A stretch of 44,890 nt of DNA from positions 1 to 44,890 of the forward strand of contig JBFMGO010000038.1 of assembly GCA_040752695.1 (NCBI GenBank), given 5' to 3'. The notes under the pieces are model-generated. The model did not search any database, had not been told where the DNA came from, and saw nothing but the letters and a program-made list of their open reading frames with translations. Shown here in pieces: positions 28,551 through 38,416 of this stretch. Origin of the DNA: a bacterium. Its GTDB lineage: Bacteria > SZUA-182 > DTGQ01. The first letter of the stretch is position 1, and the number at the start of each line of letters is the position of its first letter. A program made the translations under genes and the position numbers.

Positions 28551-29024
28551 ATGAAATTGAAAAAAAAGGTTTTTATATTTCTTTTTCTATCAATTGGACT
28601 GGGTTTGTTCACCTCTGGTGTTTATGCAGACTCCCAGGGCGCGAGTCTTGACGGAGACGGGGCACTGCCAGAGAAAAAAGAAGCTTGGGTGATTTATCAG
28701 CAGCTCAATCTCAGCCCTGAACAGGACAGGCAACTGCAGGTCCGGCGGAATGAGCACAGGAAGCAGGCCGAGGAATTGAATAAACGCATGAGGGCCAAGA
28801 GGGAAGAGCTCAAACAAGAGCTTCAGAAACAAGAGCTGGACAGGGAGAAAATTAACCGGCTCCATGCTGAATTCAAGGTTTTGCTTGGACAGAGGGAGGA
28901 TCATCGACTGGAAAAAATTCTCGAAGTAAGGAAAATCTTAACACCTGAACAACTTACCAGATTTTTGGAACTTATCGGAAAAACACATCACGGACCGGAA
29001 GGAAAAGAGCGTAATGGTGAATAA
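28551..29024 (+). CDS. Spy/CpxP-like periplasmic helical protein (periplasmic heavy-metal sensor family)
   Basis: Signal peptide ending VYA-D; LNLSPEQ and ILTPEQ motifs. Start chosen at ATG 28551; the ORF track starts at 28425. Confidence 0.85.
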   Translation: MKLKKKVFIFLFLSIGLGLFTSGVYADSQGASLDGDGALPEKKEAWVIYQQLNLSPEQDRQLQVRRNEHRKQAEELNKRMRAKREELKQELQKQELDREKINRLHAEFKVLLGQREDHRLEKILEVRKILTPEQLTRFLELIGKTHHGPEGKERNGE

Positions 29025-30639
29025 GCGAAGGATTGAAAAACAGTGCACAGCACAATCCGCTCTTGAAATCACCTCGGGGGAGGGCTATCGGGTAACGGGG
29101 ACGATGAGGGACAGGTTCTCTTGCGCTGCCTTGAGTGGACGGTCGGTTGATCGGAAGGTTTTATCTTTCTTATCTGCCTTAGGCTTTATCATGGTGCTGT
29201 TTGCTGGATGTGCGGCTGTCGGACCGGATTATGTGACACCGGATCTCACGGCGCCCGGAAAGTGGAGCACCGAGTTGTCCGGAGGGTTGATTTCAGCGCC
29301 ACTTGATCCTCAGGCCATGGCCAGTTGGTGGACTACGCTGAATGATCCAGTGCTGACGAGTCTGATCGAACGCGCGGTGAGCGGCAATCTGGATCTTCGC
29401 AAAAGCCGGGCACGCCTGGTCGAGGCCCGTGCACGCCGGGGCATCAGTGGGGCCGATCGTTTCCCGACGCTTAAAACGAGCGGCTCTGTAATCAGAAGCC
29501 GCAGCGGCGACAAGGAGCGCACTCTCTTTAATGCGGGCTTTGATGCCGACTGGGAGCTTGACCTTTTTGGCAGGGTTCGGCGCTCTCAAGAGGCGGCGGA
29601 AGCTGATCTTGAGGCGAGCCGGGAAAATATGCAAGACGTTCTGATAAGCCTTCTGGCAGAAGTTGCCCTGAATTACCTGGAAGTGCGTTCATTTCAGACC
29701 AGGCTTTCCATAGCTTCAAAGAGCCTTAAGGTGCAGGAGGAAACCTACATGCTCACCCTTTGGCGCAGTGAGGCCGGCCTGACCAGCCAGTTGGATGTGG
29801 AACAGGCCAGATCCAGTCTGGAGGAAACTCGCGGCACGGTGCCGTCTTTGCAGATGGGGCTTGATCAGGCCCTCAACCGGCTTGCCTTCTTGCTGGGCCA
29901 GAATCCTGGCTCTCTTCACAGGGAGCTCTCGGAAGAGGCATCGCCCATGCCGGTACCGCCGATAGAAATCGCCATCGGGGTTCCTGCCGATGCCCTGCGG
30001 CGCATTCCCGGTGTCCGGCAGGCAGAACGCCAACTGGCTGCCCAGACCGCCAGAGTCGGGGTGGCCTGTACAGACCGGTATCCAAGATTTACGCTGACCG
30101 GATCAATCGGTCTTGAAGCTCAGTCTATCCCCGATCTGTTCGAGTCAGCCAGCCAGGTCTTAAGGATCGGCCCGAATTTTTCCTGGACCCTTTTTGATGC
30201 AGGCCGCATCCGGCAAAATATCGAGGTGCAAAACGCGCTTCAGGAGCAGGCCCTGATCAGTTATGAAGAAGCGATTCTCACTGCCTTGAGGGATGTGGAG
30301 GATGCGCTTTTTGCCTATGGCAAAGAGCAGGTGCGGCGAAAATCCCTTAAGGAGGCTGCTCAGGCTGCCCAGACCGCCGAAGAGCTTGCCACAAGCCAGT
30401 ATTCCTCCGGACTGATCGATTTTCAGGCAGTACTGAACGCCCAGCGTTCGTGGCTGTCCCTCCAAAACCAGTTGGCGGTAAGCGACAGCGACATCACCTC
30501 CAATCTGATAAGGCTCTACAAGGCTCTTGGAGGCGGATGGACCCCGCTTCCGGATGACACCCCCTTAGCGGGACCCCTGACAGATGAAGTATCAAGTGCA
30601 GCACCCCTGGCGAGTAAGGCATCGAGTGTGACACCCTGA
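29014..30639 (+). CDS. Efflux outer-membrane factor lipoprotein (NodT/OprM/TolC family)
   Basis: LFAG-C lipobox, GPDY, WW...DP.L..LI..A...N.DL, WELDLFG and LYKALGGGW. Confidence 0.93.
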   Translation: MVNKRRIEKQCTAQSALEITSGEGYRVTGTMRDRFSCAALSGRSVDRKVLSFLSALGFIMVLFAGCAAVGPDYVTPDLTAPGKWSTELSGGLISAPLDPQAMASWWTTLNDPVLTSLIERAVSGNLDLRKSRARLVEARARRGISGADRFPTLKTSGSVIRSRSGDKERTLFNAGFDADWELDLFGRVRRSQEAAEADLEASRENMQDVLISLLAEVALNYLEVRSFQTRLSIASKSLKVQEETYMLTLWRSEAGLTSQLDVEQARSSLEETRGTVPSLQMGLDQALNRLAFLLGQNPGSLHRELSEEASPMPVPPIEIAIGVPADALRRIPGVRQAERQLAAQTARVGVACTDRYPRFTLTGSIGLEAQSIPDLFESASQVLRIGPNFSWTLFDAGRIRQNIEVQNALQEQALISYEEAILTALRDVEDALFAYGKEQVRRKSLKEAAQAAQTAEELATSQYSSGLIDFQAVLNAQRSWLSLQNQLAVSDSDITSNLIRLYKALGGGWTPLPDDTPLAGPLTDEVSSAAPLASKASSVTP

Positions 30640-30739
30640 TACATTGACACCCCGACGATCAATAAGATAAGATGGCTGTGTTTTCCCCCTGTTGAAAACT
30701 TATGACAGGAGATAACCGAAGAGAGTATGGAGAAGAGCA

Positions 30740-32062
30740 ATGAAATCAAAGACAGATGAGAAGCCTGGTCAGAAATCCGGCGACGATGAGATAGCAAAAA
30801 CCCTGGGCCTTGATAAGCCTCAGGGCCGAAGAAAGCGCATCGGAGCGTGGCTTTTGATCCTGGTCCTCCTTGCTGCTGCCTCTTTTGCCGCTGTCAGCAT
30901 CCTGAAGGGGACTGACAAGGCCGATTCCATGCAGTACAAAACGCAAAAAGTTCAACGCGGAAACCTGACCGTGACCGTGACCGCTACAGGCACCCTTACG
31001 CCCACCAACCAGGTGGAGGTGGGAAGCGAGCTTTCCGGCATCATCAAGAGCGTGGAGGTTGATTACAATGACAGAGTGGCTGTCGGACAGGCCCTGGCAC
31101 AGCTCGATACGGAAAAGCTGAAAGCGAAGGTGGTTCAATCCAAAGCGAGCCTGGAATCGGCCCAGGCCAGGGTTTTGCAGGCCCAGGCAACGGTGGCTGA
31201 GGACCGCAGTAAATTGGACCGGATGAAACAGCTTCACCAGTTGAGCAATCATAAGGTGCCGGCCATGAGTGACCTGGATGCGGCAGAAGCGGCCCTGAAA
31301 CGCGGTCAGGCTGACGAGGCAAGCGCCAAAGCTCTGGTTGACGAGGCCCGGGCACAACTTGAGGCCAACCAGACGGATCTTTCTAAAGCGGTAATTCGAT
31401 CCCCTATCAACGGCCTGGTCCTGAAACGGAGTGTAGAGCCGGGCCAGACCGTGGCTGCCTCCTTGCAGGCTCCGGTGCTCTTTACCCTGGCCGAGGACCT
31501 TACCCAGATGGAACTCCATGTGGATGTGGATGAAGCGGATGTAGGACAGGTGACAGAGGGACAGGAGGCGACTTTTACGGTAGACGCTTTTCCTGACCGG
31601 AGGTTTCCGGCTCATATAACCGAGGTGCGTTATGCAGCCCAGACCGTGAACGGGGTCGTGACCTATGAAACCGTGCTGAAGGTGAGCAATCCGGACCTCT
31701 CGCTGCGGCCGGGCATGACTGCCACTGCCGATATCGTTGTCAAAAAGGTCAAAGATGCGCTTTTGGTACCGAATGCCGCCTTGCGTTTTGACCCTGCGGC
31801 CCTTTTGAATCAAGAATCAAAAGAAAGTCAGAATCTGGTGAGCATGCTTCTGCCACGCCCTCGGAGGAGAAGACCTGATAGCAGGCAAAAAGAGTCCCCG
31901 GCCAATAAGTATCAGCGCAAAGTATGGATGCTCCGTGACGGAGAAGCTGCGGTCATTCCTCTCACTGTCGGCTTATCGGACGGACAGATGACCGAGGTCA
32001 AAAAAGGAGATATCCACGAGGGTCTTGACCTTTTGGTGGATGTCGTGAGGCCCGGCAAATGA
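30740..32062 (+). CDS. MacA-like periplasmic adaptor subunit
   Basis: TM anchor, VTATGTL.P...VEVGSELSG, IRSPING, GQTVAASLQAP.LF, VDEAD and LRPGMTA. Confidence 0.93.
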   Translation: MKSKTDEKPGQKSGDDEIAKTLGLDKPQGRRKRIGAWLLILVLLAAASFAAVSILKGTDKADSMQYKTQKVQRGNLTVTVTATGTLTPTNQVEVGSELSGIIKSVEVDYNDRVAVGQALAQLDTEKLKAKVVQSKASLESAQARVLQAQATVAEDRSKLDRMKQLHQLSNHKVPAMSDLDAAEAALKRGQADEASAKALVDEARAQLEANQTDLSKAVIRSPINGLVLKRSVEPGQTVAASLQAPVLFTLAEDLTQMELHVDVDEADVGQVTEGQEATFTVDAFPDRRFPAHITEVRYAAQTVNGVVTYETVLKVSNPDLSLRPGMTATADIVVKKVKDALLVPNAALRFDPAALLNQESKESQNLVSMLLPRPRRRRPDSRQKESPANKYQRKVWMLRDGEAAVIPLTVGLSDGQMTEVKKGDIHEGLDLLVDVVRPGK

Positions 32063-32838
32063 AAAATAATCCTCAAGATAATCCTCTTATAGAGTTCAGG
32101 AGAGTGACCAAGATCTATGGCAAGAACCAGTTGGCCATGAAGGCACTGGCAGGCATTGATCTTCAGATTGAAAGCGGCGATTTTGTGGCAGTGATGGGGC
32201 CGAGCGGATCAGGAAAGTCCACCTGCATGAATATTCTGGGATGTCTGGACGTACCGACTTCGGGTACCTATCTTTTCAAAGGCGTCGATGTGGGCAAACT
32301 CTCCCGGGATCAGCGAGCCCTCTTGCGCCGCCACTACCTTGGGTTCGTGTTTCAGGGTTTTGACCTCCTTAACCGCACGTCGGCTCTTGAGAATGTGGAA
32401 CTGCCTCTGATCTACCGGCGTATTCCCGCCAGAGAGCGGCACCGGCGCGGCCTTCAGGCTCTTGAATTGGTAGGACTGAAAGGGTGGGAAACCCATACGC
32501 CGGGTGAGCTCTCCGGTGGTCAGCAGCAGCGCGTGGCCATTGCCCGGGCCATGGCCACCGAACCTGCCGTGCTCTTTGCGGATGAGCCTACCGGTAACCT
32601 GGATACGGTCAGGAGCCGGGAAATCATGGAGCTGCTTACGACCCTCAATCGTGAGCGCGGTATCACCATCGCCATGGTAACTCATGAGCCGGATATGGCA
32701 GCCTATGCCAAACGAACGATCCTTTTTCGTGACGGTTTCATCGATTCCGAGAACCACAACAGCGGAGGGAACGGCTGGAGGGCTGAATACAAAGAAGAGG
32801 ACGGAAAAGGCGTTGGATGCGCAGGAGGGGCAGAATAA
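32059..32838 (+). CDS. ABC transporter ATP-binding protein (MacB/LolD-type)
   Basis: Walker A GPSGSGKS, signature LSGGQQQR, Walker B FADEPTGNLD and VTH. Confidence 0.95.
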   Translation: MKNNPQDNPLIEFRRVTKIYGKNQLAMKALAGIDLQIESGDFVAVMGPSGSGKSTCMNILGCLDVPTSGTYLFKGVDVGKLSRDQRALLRRHYLGFVFQGFDLLNRTSALENVELPLIYRRIPARERHRRGLQALELVGLKGWETHTPGELSGGQQQRVAIARAMATEPAVLFADEPTGNLDTVRSREIMELLTTLNRERGITIAMVTHEPDMAAYAKRTILFRDGFIDSENHNSGGNGWRAEYKEEDGKGVGCAGGAE

Positions 32839-34049
32839 TGGTCTGGGATACGATTTTACTCGCCTTGCGGGCCATTCGCCGCAATGTCCTGCGCTCCTCG
32901 CTGACTATCCTGGGTATCGTTATCGGCGTAGCCGCAGTTATCATTATGGTAACCCTGGGAAAAGGTGCCACTCTTCAGGTGACCGCCGATATTTCCAAAC
33001 TCGGCAGTAACATGCTTCAGGTCAGGCCCGGCCAGGGCTTTCGCGGCCCCGGCGGTACCCGGTCAGCCTCCGCCATGTTCGACTTGAAGGATGCCGAGGC
33101 CATTGAAAGGGATATCTCCGGATTGGCAGGTGTGGCACCTTCATCCTCACAAAACCTGCAGGCTATTTATGGCAATGAAAACTGGTCCACCAGTGTCATA
33201 GGCACCAATAATGCCTATTTCCACGTGCGGAACTGGACGTTAAAGAACGGACGCAGTTTTGCGGATAACGAACTGTCCGGGGGGAAGGCCGTCTGCGTTC
33301 TGGGGGCTACCGTGTGCAAGGAACTTTTCGGTCCCCAGGACCCTTTGGGTGCGATGATCCGCCTGAAAAAGCTTTCCTGTAAAGTCATTGGTATCCTTGA
33401 TTCAAAGGGGCTGTCCAGTTTCGGCACGGATCAGGACGATATCGTTCTTATACCGCTTCGCACCTTTCAGCGCCGCATAGCAGGGAACCAGGATGTCAGC
33501 GCCATCTATCTGTCGGTCCAAGATGGCCTTTCCACGGAAAAGGCCAGGCTCGATATCGAGCGTCTGATACGCGAGCGCCGCCGTATCCAGCAAGGAGGAG
33601 ACGACGATTTCCATGTCAGGGACATGCAGGAGCTGGTGAGTACCATGACCGGCACAACCAAGCTTCTCACCACGCTGCTTGCGGCTGTAGCCGCAGTGAG
33701 CCTTTTGGTTGGAGGAATCGGCATTATGAACATCATGCTGGTATCCGTCACCGAAAGGACACGGGAAATCGGCATACGGCTGGCTATCGGCGCGCGGGAG
33801 AAGGAAGTGCTCATGCAGTTTCTGGTAGAGGCCGTGGTGCTCTCGCTGCTTGGCGGGCTGGTGGGGATCGTGCTCGGACTCGCCACAGCAGCCGCAGGAA
33901 CGCAGTTTCTCCATGTGCCCTTTGTGCTGGACCCTGGAATCATCATCATCGCCTTTATTTTTTCAGGGGCCGTAGGCGTGGTATTTGGCTATTTTCCTGC
34001 ACGCCAGGCAGCCAGTCTCAATCCTATCGATGCACTCAGGCATGAGTAG
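32838..34049 (+). CDS. ABC transporter permease (MacB/FtsX-like)
   Basis: RS.LT.LGI.IGV, GGIGIMNIMLVSVTERTREIGIR.AIGA and PA..AA.LNPIDALRHE. TAATG stop/start overlap with the ATPase gene. Confidence 0.95.
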   Translation: MVWDTILLALRAIRRNVLRSSLTILGIVIGVAAVIIMVTLGKGATLQVTADISKLGSNMLQVRPGQGFRGPGGTRSASAMFDLKDAEAIERDISGLAGVAPSSSQNLQAIYGNENWSTSVIGTNNAYFHVRNWTLKNGRSFADNELSGGKAVCVLGATVCKELFGPQDPLGAMIRLKKLSCKVIGILDSKGLSSFGTDQDDIVLIPLRTFQRRIAGNQDVSAIYLSVQDGLSTEKARLDIERLIRERRRIQQGGDDDFHVRDMQELVSTMTGTTKLLTTLLAAVAAVSLLVGGIGIMNIMLVSVTERTREIGIRLAIGAREKEVLMQFLVEAVVLSLLGGLVGIVLGLATAAAGTQFLHVPFVLDPGIIIIAFIFSGAVGVVFGYFPARQAASLNPIDALRHE

Positions 34050-34174
34050 ATGCGCTTTTAGGTTCATCGCAGAACTGTGATGGTCGCACCAAGTCGCACC
34101 AGACGAGATGGTCTCATAAGTTGCGGCATCGAGTGTTCCTGCCGCCCTCTTGATGCTTTCCGGTCGCGCCCTTA

Positions 34175-34224
34175 TTTGGTGTATAAGAGGAAAAAGGGCT
34201 TGCCCCTGCCCCTTATACACCAAA
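34175..34224. terminator. Hairpin downstream of the efflux operon
   Basis: TTTGGTGTATAAG / CTTATACACCAAA 13-bp inverted repeat. Confidence 0.5.
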
Positions 34225-34377
34225 AAACACCTTCTCAATCTCTGGGTTATCTCATGTCAGGTAATGTTTAGGTCCTGGCAAAATTTTTATTGGATTTTCA
34301 AAGGAAGCTGGCCTATAATAAAACGCTGCAATGCAATAGCTTTCATACAGAAGAAGATGGTGAAAGGAGAGCTTCCC

Positions 34378-35280
34378 GTGAAGGATCAGGGAAAAGGTGT
34401 CCAGGGAATAAGTGCCCAGGGGACAGTCGTTCAAGGAAAAGGTGTTCAGGGAAAGAACGTTGTGGAAATCGGTTCGGTGACCATTCATCTTTGTGAGCCG
34501 GATCAGATAGATGTGGAATGGATCGGCCAGGAGGATCTGGTGCGGCAGTTGCGTGCGGCCTGGAAAACTCAAGGTGGAGAACTGCCCATGAATCCCCGGA
34601 TCGTAGGAAAACCGGGCAGCGGCAAAACCACTCTGGCCTGTGCCGTAGCCCGGAGTCTGGGTCAGGCATTATATCTTTTTCAGGCTACTTCGGACACCCG
34701 GCCCGAAGACCTGATTATCACTCCGGTTATCGGGAGCAGAAACTCAATCCGGTACATGGCCAGTTCCATTGTCAGTGCCATGCTCTGTGGAGGGACCGTG
34801 ATCCTGGATGAAGGGAACCGTATGTCGGAAAAAAGCTGGGCATCTTTAGCTCCTCTCCTGGACCGGAGGCGGTACGTGGAGTCCGTGGTCGCGGGGATAA
34901 AGATCCATGCACACCCGAATTTTCGGTTCTGCACGACCATGAATGAGGATATGTCTACCTTCGAGTTGCCCGAATACATCCAGTCCCGGCTTCAGCCCCA
35001 GGTTTTTGTCGATTTCTCTGATAGGGATGAAGAACTGGCTATCTTGCGTCAGAACCTTCCGGCGACTGAGAATGAAATATTGGAGTATGTAGCGGATTTT
35101 TTACAGGTGGCCCATGAAAGGGAGCAGGAGTGCTCAATCCGCGATGGCATAAACATCGCCCATTACGCGGGCTTGCTGGGGCAGGAGTACCCTGAACTGG
35201 AGATCCCTCTCAGGGTACAGCAGTCTGCGCGCATGGTGATGGGCCAAAGGATAGGGCAGTATTTCCTGCGAGAATTGTAG
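34378..35280 (+). CDS. MoxR/CbbQ-like AAA+ ATPase
   Basis: Walker A GKPGSGKT, Walker B VILDEGNR, HPNFRFCTTMN and SRL. Start chosen at GTG 34378 after AAGGAG (uncertain; the ORF track starts at 34150). Confidence 0.85.
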   Translation: MKDQGKGVQGISAQGTVVQGKGVQGKNVVEIGSVTIHLCEPDQIDVEWIGQEDLVRQLRAAWKTQGGELPMNPRIVGKPGSGKTTLACAVARSLGQALYLFQATSDTRPEDLIITPVIGSRNSIRYMASSIVSAMLCGGTVILDEGNRMSEKSWASLAPLLDRRRYVESVVAGIKIHAHPNFRFCTTMNEDMSTFELPEYIQSRLQPQVFVDFSDRDEELAILRQNLPATENEILEYVADFLQVAHEREQECSIRDGINIAHYAGLLGQEYPELEIPLRVQQSARMVMGQRIGQYFLREL

Positions 35281-35469
35281 CAGGGAGTCTGAAATTGCAG
35301 CAAGGGGAGGCCGGGAAAAGGGTGTTGACGGTTTATGAATGCTCAATTCGGTTTATGGAGGCTCAGATCAGGGAATATCGACAACTTATGGATGCTCGGC
35401 TCATGACAGTAAGGATTAACGCTCGTATCATGGCACCATGGCACGAGAGGATTTATAGGATTAACGCTT

Positions 35470-37389
35470 ATGGATAAACCTGAAATAACGCAAACCAATA
35501 CTGCTGCAGGCCGGTCGCAGGAGATTCGGACGGATTGGATCGACGGCATTCACTCTGTGCCGATCTTGCACGGCAGTCTGGAAATGGCCAAGGCGGCCTT
35601 GCAGGCGGTCAGGAAGGTGCAGCCTGACATTGTCCTTTTGGAGTTCCCCTCCAACCTGGAACTACTGCTGCATAGAGCTGCGGCCCGGCTGCCTTCCCTT
35701 TCCGTAGTGGTCCACCCTTCCCGGAAAGGAAAAAGTGCAGAAGAAGAAAAGGAGAAAAGGACTGTCTACTTTCTGATCGAGCCCGTAGATCCCATTTATG
35801 CCGTGGTCTGGTTCTGCCATCGAAACAGGATCCCTTTCCATGCGATCGATCGGGACCCCGATCCGACCTATCCTCCGGTCCCTGACATCCTTCCCGATCC
35901 GGCAGCATTGGAGTATCTGGGCTACGGCCCCTATGTTGAGCTCGCACTGGAATCACTCAGGCGAAGGATTTCTTCCCCTTTTCCCAAAGTCCGGCTGGAG
36001 CGTGAAAAAAAGGACTTCCACCGGGAAATGAGTATGGCCTGGAGAATACAGCAGGAGATTTCCCGGGGAAAGCGGGTACTTTTCGTGTGCGGTCTGGCTC
36101 ACCTGAAAGGGATTGGTCAGCACCTGAGCGCTCCGATTCTGGCTCAGCCTCTGCCGGACCCGAAAAACCCGCACGCCTACCTGGCGCAACTGCATCCGGA
36201 CTGTGCGCCGGAGGTTACATCCGAGATCCCGGCTATTGAGGGATTATGGGCCCAGGCGGTTCAGAGCGGGAGCGAAGCATCCCTGACCCGGCTGGATTAT
36301 CAGGCCAGCCTGCTGGAAAGAGCAGTCGAGACCTACCGGAAAGTCTGGCATGAAACCCTCTCTCCCCATCAGATACAGGCCTTTAACCGCTACGCCTATT
36401 CCTATGCACGTGAGCAGGGAAGACTGGTCCTGGACCATTATGGCCTTTTGGTGGCGGCACGAAATTGTCTCGGGGAAACCTTTTCCTATGTTCTCTACCA
36501 GCAGAGCAGCATCTACCCCTTTCAGCAGGCAGATGGCCTTCCGGAAATTTGCCTGCGGGCCGAAGACTTTCAACTGGGCTCGACTATGGTCAGATTTCGG
36601 CCTCGGCCCCCCAAAAAAGAGAAACAGGCCAGTGATTTCGTCAAAAGAAGAGCCCGTGACCTTCGTCCGGACAGATGGCAAAATCAGATCCCCCTGGGAG
36701 AGTGCTCTCATTGTCCGGAAGATCAGCAGCTCAATGCTTTTACCGATTTTCTGTGTGAGAAAGCCACTGGCCTTTTGAACAAAAATACCACTCAGGTTGA
36801 ACCCTTTACCACTACCCTGGGGGAGGGAATTGACATGAGGGAAACATTACAGAACTGGAAAAACGGTCAGATATATATCCGGCGGCAAGTAGTACGCAAG
36901 GCTGCCGTAACCTCTGTGGTGGTCATCTTCTATGAGAGCTATAAGGATCACGATTTCCCTTACCTGCGAACCTGGACCCGCGAACGGTGGGAAGAGGTTG
37001 AGCGGGCCTTCTACGCGACCTCTCCGCTTGACCATCCTATTGGACCGCAAATCTTCCGCTGTGAATATGGCGGATTTCTGGCCAGCTACAACCGGCCTGG
37101 GCTCTCCGATATCTGGACCGATCCGGATTTTTCTTTGGCTACCTCTCATGCCGAGCACCTGCTCCTGGCTGGAGCAGCCTATTCGAATGAAAAAACGGTC
37201 CTTTTCATAGCACCCACTCCCCCGAAGAAAAGAATCGTCAGGATATGCGAGTATATGGGAAAAAAGGTGATTTACATCGATATCAGCCGCTATCCTAAGC
37301 AATACCTGGATCGGCTACGCTTCTTCCATGTTCTGGGTAACAACAGAGTGCGAAGTTACGCCGAGGACTATATCCACCCCTTACGCTGA
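35470..37389 (+). CDS. Conserved AAA+-associated protein with N-terminal TraB/Tiki-like domain
   Basis: PILHG...PDIVLLE and REMSMAW...VLFVCGLAHL resemble TraB/GumN/Tiki metal-site motifs; the C-terminal half has GIDMRETL. Long uninterrupted ORF. Confidence 0.7.
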   Translation: MDKPEITQTNTAAGRSQEIRTDWIDGIHSVPILHGSLEMAKAALQAVRKVQPDIVLLEFPSNLELLLHRAAARLPSLSVVVHPSRKGKSAEEEKEKRTVYFLIEPVDPIYAVVWFCHRNRIPFHAIDRDPDPTYPPVPDILPDPAALEYLGYGPYVELALESLRRRISSPFPKVRLEREKKDFHREMSMAWRIQQEISRGKRVLFVCGLAHLKGIGQHLSAPILAQPLPDPKNPHAYLAQLHPDCAPEVTSEIPAIEGLWAQAVQSGSEASLTRLDYQASLLERAVETYRKVWHETLSPHQIQAFNRYAYSYAREQGRLVLDHYGLLVAARNCLGETFSYVLYQQSSIYPFQQADGLPEICLRAEDFQLGSTMVRFRPRPPKKEKQASDFVKRRARDLRPDRWQNQIPLGECSHCPEDQQLNAFTDFLCEKATGLLNKNTTQVEPFTTTLGEGIDMRETLQNWKNGQIYIRRQVVRKAAVTSVVVIFYESYKDHDFPYLRTWTRERWEEVERAFYATSPLDHPIGPQIFRCEYGGFLASYNRPGLSDIWTDPDFSLATSHAEHLLLAGAAYSNEKTVLFIAPTPPKKRIVRICEYMGKKVIYIDISRYPKQYLDRLRFFHVLGNNRVRSYAEDYIHPLR

Positions 37390-37840
37390 TTTTTCACCCC
37401 TCACGCTGATTTTCCAAACTCATGAGAGCAGCTTTAGCCTGATACTCATTGTGTTGCGGATGCCGGCCCCGTTACATCGGCCCCATTCCATACACGGGCG
37501 AAGCAGAAAAAAAGCGGCTCGGCCTGATCCATATGTATCGCACCCCGTATCTCATAGCCCGTATCCACATCCACCATTGACCAGTGAACAGCGTCGGTGC
37601 CACCCCGCATCCCGCGTCCTTTTATTCATGAGGTTATCCGAAAAATCCCGGGATACCGGGTAGATAACGGGATCACATCTATTTTTCGGATAGCCTCCAA
37701 GCACCGGTATCCCGTATCCCGCCCCAAGTATTCAGCACTCAGCTTAAAGATTATTGAAGAAGATGGCCGACATAGCAAGAGATCATCAGTTTCACCTTCA
37801 GAATTTTTGGAGCTGATGAAGAAGGAGTGTAAGCATTCAT

Positions 37841-38416
37841 ATGACCTTTTGGAAAAAGCAAATGGTAAAGGGTGGAGCTTCCAATATAAATCAACTGGCA
37901 GTACTGGGAGGTGGAACCATAGGGCGTGAAATAGCTATTGCTCTGGCCTGGGCTGATTTGCCTGTCATTTTGTGGACCCGCCAGGTGGAGAGAAAGATCC
38001 ATCGGAAGGTTGATACAACCTTGCAGCAGGATTTCCCGGAAGCCCCGCTCAGTCGAGAGGAGAGAAGGCGGATTTCCAGCAATATCTATATTACCACGGA
38101 GCTCAGCCTCATTGCTGAATCGGACCTGGTTATCGAGGCAGTTGTGGAGAGCCTGAGCATCAAAAAGAAACTCTTCAAGGCCTTAAGCCATCTTTGTACG
38201 CCATCTACAGTACTGGCAGCTACTTCCACCCAGGGCATCGATGAAATAGCTTCGATAGCTTCCTATCCGGAGCGGATTGTGGGAGTGCATTTTTATAGTC
38301 CGGCTTATCGAACACCAATTATAGAGGTAGCCTGCGGAGACCGGACTTCGGAAGAAACCTTTTCCCTGGTCAAGGAATTAGCCACGGTTATGAAAAAAGA
38401 AGTTATCAGAGTGTAG
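37841..38416 (+). CDS. 3-hydroxyacyl-CoA dehydrogenase NAD-binding domain only
   Basis: VLGGGTIG..IA, DLVIEAVVE...KK..F and GVHFYSP....IEV. It ends at KEVIRV*, where the C-terminal dimerisation domain should begin. Confidence 0.8.
   Translation: MTFWKKQMVKGGASNINQLAVLGGGTIGREIAIALAWADLPVILWTRQVERKIHRKVDTTLQQDFPEAPLSREERRRISSNIYITTELSLIAESDLVIEAVVESLSIKKKLFKALSHLCTPSTVLAATSTQGIDEIASIASYPERIVGVHFYSPAYRTPIIEVACGDRTSEETFSLVKELATVMKKEVIRV

Noticed and set aside
35295..35477. 60-aa ORF between the AAA+ gene and its partner
   Set aside because: TTG start, built from short local repeats (AGGATTAACGCT twice) and no motif; it cannot be supported, though a small coupled peptide is not excluded.
37597..37929. 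110-aa ORF overlapping the dehydrogenase-domain gene, considered as a frameshifted N-terminus
   Set aside because: Its 5' half derives from heptamer repeats, and it shows no enoyl-CoA hydratase or other motif.
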